A stretch of DNA of 64,000 bases from the human T2T-CHM13v2.0 reference genome, Homo sapiens: the NCBI RefSeq assembly GCF_009914755.1, contig NC_060935.1. One strand, given 5' to 3'. The notes below the pieces were generated by a model that did no database searches, was not told where the DNA came from, and was given only the letters and a program-made list of their open reading frames with translations. The first letter of the stretch is position 1. Every line of letters begins with the position of its first letter. Below, one piece after another: positions 27,855 to 38,718 of this stretch. A program made the translations under genes and the position numbers.

Positions 27855-28915
27855 GTCAAGGAAGCGACGACATCCTTGGGACACAGCAACAGTGCTGACC
27901 ATACAATCAACTCAATAAGCCTCAGCATTTGCAGTGTTGTTAAGTTCATTCAAACAAAGCTATCTTCAGTAGGGAATTTCCCCCATAAACAGCATGCACA
28001 CTTTCCTTTCACCTGTCCTCAAACTGACCCTTTGCTCATTTTAATAGTAAAAAACACGCTCCTGGGTGGATGTTACAGGCCGAAAGAGTGAGAGTCATGA
28101 TCAAGTCAGTATACCACTGGAGGCTATATGAGCAAACAGCAAACTGTTCTCATAAAAGCAGAATGTTGGCAGACAGACAAACTGCATCTGCCACCCAGAA
28201 GGAATGCTGAGGGCATTCATGCCCCAAGTTCAGTGTTGCTTGTGATCAGGTAAATCTGAAGCCTGTTAGTAATAATATGAACCTGTGATTAATTAAGCAG
28301 CTGACCAGTCATTACCTCCTCCCCCCTGCTGTTGTTACCCAATAAATAGGAAGGGCTGTGGAAGCTCAGTGGCTGCCTTTGCTCACTAGAAGCAGGGAGC
28401 TCTCTTCTTCCCCGGTTCCCCTTCCTTTAAAAGAGTTTCTTTTGTCTTAAGTTTTCATTTCTGCATTCATCCCTTCTTTCAGTCTCATGATGATGGTCTC
28501 AAGTAGTAACAGTAGTAACTGTCATAGTGAGGGTCTCAAGTAGTAATTGTACAAGTCTGTCACAGGTGGAGATTTAAGATGCAAATGAGACATATGACAT
28601 ATGAACAAGCATGTGCAGTTACTGTGCAGGTGCACCCAGAAGACCACCCAGAACATGCTTACGAGGAATGCCTCTTCCCACCCCCTAATGAATAATTATT
28701 TAAGACTCCCATAAAGGGAGTCTCCCTAGTGCCAGTCTTGGCTGTCTCGTACTTAAGCCCACCCTGAATCCTCTTTCTAAGGGTGCGCTATCTATTCTGC
28801 ACTTAACTTTCAAAGTATTCTTTCTCTTTTGCAATAAATTATGTTGCATCTCCTTTCTTGTGTGTCTCTCATTCGAATTCTTTTAAACTAAGAAGACATG
28901 AATCAAGGTGTTACA
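27855..28915 (+). mobile_element. ERV1-type solo LTR (MER84-like), split by an LTR3 insertion
   Basis: AAAGCTATCTTCAGTAGGGAATTTCCCC...CCTGGGTGGA | GATTTAAGATGCAAATGAGACAT reads continuously once the insert is removed; AATAAA near 28833. Family from recall, ends approximate. Confidence 0.65.
28071..28564 (+). mobile_element. ERVK-class solo LTR, LTR3 (HERV-K HML-6)-like
   Basis: TG...CA termini; 6-bp TSD GGTGGA (28065-28070, 28565-28570), typical of betaretrovirus-like HML; CAGTATACCACTGGAGGCTATATGAGCAAACAGCAAAC motif. Confidence 0.8.
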
Positions 28916-29075
28916 ATGACCGTCAATAGAAGGACAACCTACCACTATGCCAGGAACACTGTAACTGTTCCAGTTGCTGAGGTTACTTAAAAATACGGGC
29001 ATACCTCATTTTATTATGTCTCATTTTATTGTTCTTCACAGCTAATGCGTTTTTTACAAATTGGCTTGTGGCAAC

Positions 29076-29505
29076 TTTCATGCGCGTCCCTGTGAAGAGA
29101 CCACCAAACAGGCTTTGTGTGAGCAATAAAAGCTTTTAATCACCTGGGTGCAGGCAGGCTGAGTCCGAAAAAAGAGTCAGCAAAGGGTGGTGGATTATCA
29201 TTAGTTCTTATAGGTTTTGGGATAGGCGGTGAAGTTAAGAGCAATGTTTTGTGGGCAGGGGTGGATCTCACAAAGTACACTCTCAAGGGTGGGGAGAATT
29301 ACAAAGAACCTTCTTAAGGGTGGGGGAGATTACGAAGTACACTGATCAGTTAGCATGGGGCAGGAAAAAATCACAGTGGTGGAATGTCATCAGTTAAGGC
29401 TATTTTTACTTCTTTTGTGGATCTTCAGTTACTTCAGGCCATCTGGATGTATACGTGCAAGTCACAGGGGATGGGATAGCTTGGCTTGGGCTCAGAGGCC
29501 TGACA
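29076..29505 (-). mobile_element. HERV-H solo LTR (LTR7B/LTR7Y-type) inside Tigger1
   Basis: Reverse complement starts TGTCAGGCCTCTGAGCCCAAGCC and ends GGACGCGCATGAAA; perfect TSD GCAAC (29071-29075, 29506-29510). Confidence 0.95.
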
Positions 29506-29849
29506 GCAACCCTGCATCAAGCAAGTCTGTCAGTGCCATTTTTTCAACAGTATGCACCCACTTTCTGTCTCTTTGTCACATTTTGGTAACACTAGCAACA
29601 TTTCAAACTTTTTCATGATAATTATATTTATTATAGTGATCTGTGATCAGTGATCATGATCTTGATGTTACTATTGTCATTGTTTTTCGGCACCACAAAC
29701 CACACCAATATAAGATGGCTAACTTAATAAATGTGTGTGTTTGGACTGTTCCACCGACAAGCCATTCCCTCATCTCTCCCTCTCCATAGGCCTCCCTATT
29801 CTCTGAGGCACAACAATTGAAATTAGGACAATTAATAACCCTACAACAA

Positions 29850-31210
29850 TTTCTAAGTGTTCATGTGAAAGGAGGAGTCTTTTGTCTTTCATGTTAAATT
29901 AAAAGCTAGAAATGATTATGCTTACTGAGGAAGGTAGGTTGAAAGCTGAGATAGGCTGAAAGCCAAGCCACTCATGAAAGTTAGCAAAGTTGTGACTGTA
30001 AAGGAAAAGTTCTTAAAGGAAATTAAAAATGCTACTCCATTGAACACACAGATGACAGAAAGCAAAATAATCTTATTGCTGATATGGAGAAAGTTTTAGT
30101 GGTCTGAATAAAAGATCAGGCCAGCCATAGCATTCCTTTAAGCTAAAGCCTAATCCAGGGCAAGGCCTTAACTCTCTTCAAGTCTGTGAAGGCTGAGAGA
30201 AGTGACAATGCTGCAGAAGAAAAGTTTGAAGTTAGCAGAGGTTGTTTCACTAGGTTTAAGAAAAAAAGACATTTCCATAACCTAAAAGTGCAAGGTGAAA
30301 CAGCAAGTCCTGATAAAGAAGCTGTAAGTTATCCAGAAGATCTAGCTAAGATCTAGATACGATTGGTAAAGATGATGACATTAAACAACAAATTTTCATC
30401 TAGGCCATGTAGAACTTTTATAGCTAGAGAGGAAAAGTCAATGTCTGGCTTCAAAGGATAGGCTGACCCTCTTGTTAGGAGTTAATGAAGCTGGTGGCTT
30501 AAATGTGAAGCCAATGCTCAACCTACCATTCTGAAAATTTTGGGATATGTAAGAATTATGCTAGATATGATCTACCTGTGCTCTATGAATAAACAACAAA
30601 GCCTGGAAGACGGAACATCTGTTTACAGCATAATTTACTGAATATTTGGTACCCCCTGTTTCACATACAGCTTAGAAAGACTGCTTTCAAAATGTTACTT
30701 CTCATTGACAATGCACCTCATCCCCCAAGAGTTCTGATGGAGATGTACAAGGAGATTAATGTTGTTTTCATGCCTACTAACACAATATTCAATCTTCAGC
30801 CCATGGATCAAAGAGTAATTTTAACTTTCAAGTCTTATTATTTAAGAAATACATTTAATAAGGCTATAGCTGCCATAAATTGTGATTCTTCTAATAGATC
30901 TGGGCAAAGTCAATTGAAAATCTTCTGGAAAGGATTTACCATTTTAGATGCCATTAAGAACATTGGTGATTCACAGGAGAAAGTCAAAATATCAACATTG
31001 ATAGAAGTTTGGAAGAAGTTGATTCCAACCTTCATGGATGGGTGTAAGGGGTTCAAGATGTCAGTGGAGGAAGTAACTCCAGATGTGGTAGAAATAGCAA
31101 GATAACTAGAATTAGAAGTGAAGGCTGAGAATGGAACTGAATTGCTGAAATCGCATAATAAAACTTTAAAGAATAAGGAGTTGCTTTATATGGGTGAGCA
31201 CAGAAAGTGG
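29850..31210 (+). pseudogene. Tigger1 transposase remnant (HTH CENP-B-like plus DDE)
   Basis: ORF 30692..31105 [11 protein letters not shown]...[26 protein letters not shown] is the pogo DDE motif region; the rest has stops and frameshifts. Confidence 0.85.
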
Positions 31211-32299
31211 CTTCTTGAGATAGACTTTACTGTTGGTGAGGATGCTGTGAACACTGTTGAAATGACAACAAAGTAGACTATTACATAACTTAGTTGCTAA
31301 AGCCACAGTAGGGCTGGGGAGGATTGACTCTGATTTTGAAAGTTCTATCATAGATAAAATGCTATCAAACAGCATTGCATTCTACAGAGAAATCTTTAGT
31401 GAAAGGAGTCACTTGATGTGGCAAATTTCATTGTCTTATTTTTAAAAATTGCCATAGCCACCTCAACCTTCAGCAACCACCATCTTGATGGGTCAGCTGC
31501 CATCAACAGCGAGGCAAGACCCTCCACCAGCAAAATGATTATGACTCGCTGAAGGCTCAGGTGATTGTTAGTATTTTTAGAAATATTTTAAAATTAAGGT
31601 ATATCTATTTTTTAACATAAAGCTATTGCACACTTAATAGACTATAGTGTAGTGTAAACATAAATTGTATATGCACTGGGAAACAAAAAATTTGTATGAT
31701 TCTACTTATTGCAATATTCACTTTATTACAATAGTCTTTAATAAAACCTATCATATCTCTAAGATATATCTACATATGTGTATGTTTGTGTATGGATATG
31801 ACACATTTTTATTATACATATATCATATGACATATTCTCTCGGTTTTTATAAATTTTATTATCTTTGCAAAATATTATTTTGTTATTATTTTATAGTGTA
31901 CCGAAGTTGTTTCTACCCATTACCTTGCATGATTTTCTCCATACCCTCCCCCATCCTCACACACATGCATTTGGCAGTAATTAAGATTATTTTTGCTGTA
32001 CTTAATAGATAAGAAACTAGAGCTTGGAAAATACAGTTGACTCTCAAAATTACATAATTGAAAGGGCTGGAGTTGAAACTTGCATTTGGAACTTCTTTTT
32101 CTCAAGCGTGGTCCTTCCTCTGACATAATCTATCTATTTTCTCCTAGATCATCTGTTCTCTATATCACAATCTATTATGGGAATATGACTTGAACAGAGT
32201 GACTGTTAATGACATAATGAACATGTACATTAAGAGAGGTTTGGAAGAGAGTCTTTTCTTGCTAGAAAGAGTATAGATCTGGAGCCAGGATGCTGGACT

Positions 32300-32500
32300 A
32301 GTTAAGGGCCGCTGGTTGTGGAGTCAGATGGACTGGGATTAAATCTTGACTCGTCCACCAACTATCAACTTGAGTAAGTTTATTATCTTCTTTAAATCTT
32401 AGTTTCCTTATCAAGAAAATCATAATAGTTATAACTTGCAGGACTGCTGCAGTGATTAAATCATGTTATGAATGTGAAGCATTTACGACACTGCTGAATA
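32300..32500 (+). mobile_element. MIR
   Basis: GGAGTCAGATGGACTGGGATTAAATC...CTTAGTTTCCTTATC. Confidence 0.65.
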
Positions 32501-33119
32501 CAAGAGTTCCTACTACTTCTTAGCCATAATTATTATATTTTGATTATACTGGAATTAATATGGAAAGCATGACCAGGTAATAATAGCCTTTGAATTCAGC
32601 TTGAAGGCAAATAGAATTTGTACATATATAATAATGGTAATATCTACCATTTACTAAGTGTTAATTAAGTGTGAGCATGTTAATACACTATCATATTTAA
32701 TCCCCAAAACAATTATTTGATTAACTCACAACAGTAAGTAAGTTATTGTTCCATCTTAAAGGTTAGAAATTTGAAGTTCAGAGATATTAAATAATTTTTC
32801 TAAGGAAAAGAAAATGATTCAATTTAACTGGAGGTTGAAAGTATTAAAATATTATTGATTCTTCCAATAATATATACACCTTAACTAGGGATCTCAGGAA
32901 ATATAAGATATTAATCCAAAGAAATATGTTTTTAATGATGGAATTTATGACTCCTAAAAGATTGTGAAGAAGAAATATGAAGGTGGGTATGAGGAATATG
33001 GCTGAAATGTTTATTCATTCATTCATTCCACATGTTACTAAACTTCCTATTATGCACCAGATTTCATAGGTTTTCCACACCAGTTTAGAGTATTAAGACT
33101 TATTCTCTTTTTTCCCCTA

Positions 33120-34091
<972 letters not shown>

Positions 34092-35458
34092 TGAAATTGG
34101 AATTCTAAAGAATCAAATTTTGCCCCAATTTGCTGTGCTGCCTGTGCTTGGAATAAACATTTTGCAGCCATACAGAAATCAGAAGGTAGGTATATTGATG
34201 ATTCTATTCTTCATTTATGTAACTGAAATTATGTTCATTCAATCATTCATTCATGAATGGATGGCTCCTTCATGAAACAGTTTCTGTTCATGATGGTGAA
34301 AAATTATTTTTTATAAGTTAAGGATTTTTACATACAAGGCTGGTATTTATATGGGAAGTCTGACTTACTACTCAAGCATAGTATTCCCAAAGTAGGGTGG
34401 GGGGACATCTTTGAAAATTAAAAATCGTAAATTTAGGATGAAAAGAAGGAAATTTTGCTTTCTGTAGCAGCCATAAAGTTTATTACTTTACTTGAGTGAC
34501 TGTGGATCAAGTTACATAACTTTTCCAGTCCGGGTTGACTTATTTCAAAATGAAAGGGATAGATAGGTGATTTCTAAGGTCTCTTTCCTTTTGACATTCT
34601 GTTTCTGTCTAAATTTGTTAATATTTTAAAATATAATTTCAATGAATTCATTGAAGACAAATGTATAAGAGGTTATTAGGCAAAACTAGCATTCTTGGAA
34701 ACTTCCCCAATGTCTTAAGCAGACATCACAGAAAAATCACAATAGGCTCAACGGTACCACTAATTCTTACCTGCTTCTGTTTATTTCGCAGTCTACTATG
34801 GATCTTTATGATTCAAATGCCTGACTCATTTTTCTAGAAATGGTTACAGTTTATCCTTCTTTTCATGACTTTATCAACTTATTCTTTGCCTTTTGATCCC
34901 TACCATGTTTCACATTTGCTCTTTGACTTTGCTGTTGTTGGCTGACAAAGTTAAACATTTCACTACATCATTCTGGCCCAGAGTCATACAGGACCTCAGA
35001 AGTGGTGGTTTTTCTTGGCAATAGCATGAGTTCTAGGCCACAAAAGCAGTCTGATCTAATAAGTCAATCTGTATATTCTTAATTGTTAAACTCAGAGAGG
35101 TAAAAACACATTACCCTTTTCAGTCCTACCATCACATTCCACATAATTCATTTCCACTTCATGGTGTATTTGTGGGGAAAGTGAAAGTAGAAGCAACCAA
35201 AAGGTTGCTCAAAAAGAGAGAAAAATATAGAGGGATATTGATAATTTAAAATATCACTGGATTAGAGAACAGATTATAGATCCATTTTCTGAATGTGTTT
35301 AACTGATGAGGTTTATTCATTCACTTAGTCATTCATGATTCTATAATACTATAAGGATAATGGCAAAGGAAACAGATTCTCTAGCTTGTCTGCTTAAGTT
35401 TATATCAGAGCTCTGCTACTTGCCAACAAGGTAAGTCATTTAAACTCTATGTGCTTCA

Positions 35459-35773
35459 GTTTCTTTTTCTTTTCTTTCTTTCTTTATTTTTTTTGAGATG
35501 GAGTCTTGCTCTGTTGCCCAGGCTGGAGTACAGCAGTAGCATGATCTCAGCTCACTGCAAGCTCCATCTCCCAGGTTCAAGCGATTCTTCTGCCTCAGCC
35601 TCCCCAGCAACTGGGACTACAGGCATGCATCACCATGCCCAGCTAATTTTTGTACTTTTGGTAGAGGCGGGGTTTCACCATGTTGGCCAGACTGGTCTCG
35701 AACTCCTGACCTCATGATCCACCTGCCTCGGCCTCCCAAAGTGCTGGGATTACAGCTGTGAACTGAGCCCAGC
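35459..35773 (-). mobile_element. AluS inserted in a MIR core
   Basis: Dimer; flanks CTTCAGTTTCTTT / CTTCAGTCTGTTT; MIR halves on both sides. Confidence 0.93.
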
Positions 35774-36319
35774 ACTTCAGTCTGTTTATTTAGAAAAATG
35801 AGAAAAATAATAGCAGCTATTTCAAGGTATTGATAGTAATTAATCAGTTAATGTATGTGAAATCATTTAAAACATTGCTTAGCACATAGTAAGTGCTACA
35901 TAGATATTAGCTATTATTATTAATCAATAGTTATTGATATCCTATTACAAGTCTGACACAAGGAATTGTGTACACATTCTTGAAGTCAAATAATAAGTCA
36001 GAGTAATATTTGATGTTCAGTAGTTAACACAGAATATTCCTATCCATGGGATTTCTTCCTCAAAGGATAATAATGACTAAATTTATTAAATGTTTGTTCT
36101 TTGCCTAACACTCTTTTAGATGTCCTTTATAATTTTTTTTTTAGTTTTTATTTAGTTTTCATTACACAGGAAGTTTAACTCTTTGCCAAAAGTCATATGA
36201 CTTGAAAACGGTAAAACCAGGATCAGCCTTAGGCAGCCTGATGCCATGATTCTTTGTTCTAAGTAACAGTGGATATACATAAATCTTTTGAGATGTGTCA
36301 TACAGTCTCTTCTTTCAAT

Positions 36320-36790
36320 CCACACAGATTTATTGAGAATACGGTACATGCTCCTAGTGGGTAGAGAGGAATCAGACATAGCTCCCGCCGTCAAGGAGAT
36401 CTGAGTTTCATGATGAAGATACAAAAATGAAAATGACTATGTGTGGAATGTGCTAATAGTGATATGAGCAGGGCAAGCTCAAGGCACGAGGGAAGGTCAA
36501 AGGAAGCTTATGAAAGAAAGAGATTCTTCGGCAGTGTTAAGGTAAGTAGACGTGGAGTGGCATTTGAAGCAGAAAAACAACATGTGAGAAAATCCATGAT
36601 GCATTTGAGAAGTTACAGGATTTGGGGGCTGGTGTTTATATGAGAGCGTGTAGGAGACATGAATTAGAAAGACAAAAGGGGGACGTGAATTCACGTTGTA
36701 TGCTAAAGTGAGGAGTTTGACATTTATCAAGGAGGCATGGAGGTTCTTTGAAAACATTTAACTAGGACAATGACCAGAGAAAATTTTCTT
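36320..36790 (-). mobile_element. L2 3' region
   Basis: TTTATTGAGAATAC...CTCCCGCCGTCAAGGAGATCTGAG...GAGGAGTTTGACATTTATC. Confidence 0.6.
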
Positions 36791-37072
36791 GGCAAAGATC
36801 ATTATATAAAACATATCAAGAAATATTTTTATCACGTCTTTGAATTAACGATATGTTTTAGGGAAACATTTGTATTAAATCCTCATTTTTGGGATTTCCA
36901 CTAATGCATTTCAGTAGGGAGTATTACTAACACTACTTATCACAACTAACAACAACTACTATTTTTTTTTAAGTTTACAGCATGCCATGCTTTCCACTCT
37001 TTATCTTCCATCTATTCTGACTTCTTTATTATTCCAATCTTTAGATAAAGAAACCGAGGCTTAAGAATGTTA

Positions 37073-37262
37073 GGGACTGTGGTGGGGTCGGGGGAGGGGG
37101 GAGGGATAGCATTGGGAGATATACCTAATGCTAGATGACACGTTAGTGGGTGCAGCGCACCAGCGTGGCATATGTATACATATGTAACTAACCTGCACAA
37201 TGTGCACATGTACCCTAAAACTTAAAGTATAATTAAAAAAAAAAATTAAAAAAAAAAAAAAA
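37073..37262 (+). mobile_element. Young 5'-truncated L1 (L1HS/L1PA2 boundary, ACG/A type)
   Basis: Near-identical to L1HS 3'UTR; GATGACACGTTAG (ACG) and CTTAAAGTAT (A); poly(A); perfect TSD AAGAATGTTA (37063-37072, 37263-37272) at a TT/AAGA site. Confidence 0.95.
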
Positions 37263-37749
37263 AAGAATGTTAACCTTTACAAATTTGCCTCAGAATCATG
37301 ACCCTGTGAAGAAACCTGAACACAGAAGTCTTAAATGGATCCCATATGAACACCCTTTTCTGCCCTTCATATGGGACCCTCCTTCGAGTCCCCACTGCAT
37401 GTGGGCCATTGTGCCAGGGCCAGTTCCAACCCAGTATACCCAATCAATGGCCATGCTCCTGTCTTCCTTGATAGCAAACCTTGATTTTGTTCTGGCAGTA
37501 GTTCTGACCGGGACATACAGGCACAAGGGTTCTGGTGACCTACTGGGAAAGATATTCCTCTGATAAGAGAAGCATGTGAGATGATGGTCCCCTTCAGTCT
37601 TTCTTGCTTGCTTTGGTTTTGTATGCTCTTGGAGAATGTCATATTCAGAGCTGAGTAGCTCTCATGTCATCTGTTAATAGAGATCTTTGAAGACAAAAGC
37701 CAACATGCTGAGGATGGTGGGAGAAATAAATGTGAAGATTTCAAGTGTC

Positions 37750-38166
37750 TGTGTGGGATCCTGTGATATGCTGTCCAGATCTCACTGCAGGAAGGAAAGA
37801 TAATTACTCCCACCCTTCGAAGTGCTGCTGCCCTCAACTGTCGATCCCTTCAGGGATTGTATCAGCAGCACAGAGCGTCCCTTCCTAAGGTCCTAAATCC
37901 CATAACTAATGGGCTCAGGATCTCTAAGATGGCAGCCTTTTCCTCCTAATGGAAGAGAGCTCTGAAAGGTCATCTAGTCTCCAGAACTCCTCATTGAAGG
38001 TCAGCTGTTTTCCCTGGGCCTTTATAACAATTGGACTTCTCCCTGTGCAAATGCTGCCTCTTTTTCTTTCCTTCCACAATGTTGATCCCCAAAGTACTCT
38101 GCAGTAAACCTTTCGCAGGCTAAAAACAATTTTAGAGTCTGATTCTTGGGGAACCCAACCTGCACC
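37750..38166 (+). mobile_element. ERVL solo LTR, LTR16C-like, within an older MLT1-type relic
   Basis: CCCTTCAGGGATTG...GTTGATCCC...AGAGTCTGATTCTTGGGGAACCCAACCTGC end. Confidence 0.65.
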
Positions 38167-38356
38167 AGTCCTTGATGGCTGTTTTGGGCTGCTGAACTAA
38201 CTATGGATCATTTATATCTAGGTATTTTGTTAAGCTACCAATACACATATCTTATGGTTTAAACTATATTTGACACTGATCACAATATTTTGTACACATT
38301 TGTTTATCCTTCCTCCTTTCTAGCTAAGCTGTGAGGTCATGAAAAGTGTTCACTAT

Positions 38357-38718
38357 TGTATTAGTCTGTTTTCACGCTGCTAATAAACACATACCCAAGA
38401 CTGGGTAATTTATAAAGAAAAAGAGGTTTAATGAACTCACAGTTCCACATGGCTGGGAAGACCTCACAATCATGGTGGAAAGTAAAAGGCATGTCTTACA
38501 TGGCAGAAGCCAAGAGACAATGAGAGCCAAGCAAAAGGAGTTTACCCTGATAAAACCATCAGATCTCGTGAGACTTATGCACTACCACGAGAACAGTATG
38601 AAGGAGACTGTCTCCACAATTCAATTATCTCCCACCGGGTTTCTCCCACAACACATGGGAATTACGGGAGTTACAATTCAAGATGAGATTTGGGTTAGGA
38701 CACAGCCCAACTATATCA
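38357..38718 (-). mobile_element. THE1B-like solo LTR
   Basis: TGTATTAGTCTGTTTTCACGCTGCTAATAAA...CTATATCA; TSD ACTAT/ACTAC. Confidence 0.95.

Larger units (their letters stand above)
28996..31772 (+). mobile_element. Full-length Tigger1 DNA transposon (TcMar), inactive
   Basis: TA + CGGGCATACCTC left TIR; degenerate right TIR ...ATATCTCTAAGATATATCTA; transposase sequence throughout. Confidence 0.95.

Noticed and set aside
34766-34840. Possible exon (minus-strand CAG/GTAAG donor; plus-strand TTTATTTCGCAG acceptor)
   Set aside because: The minus-strand candidate has stops in all three frames, and isolated splice-like motifs are common; a non-coding exon cannot be excluded without RNA data
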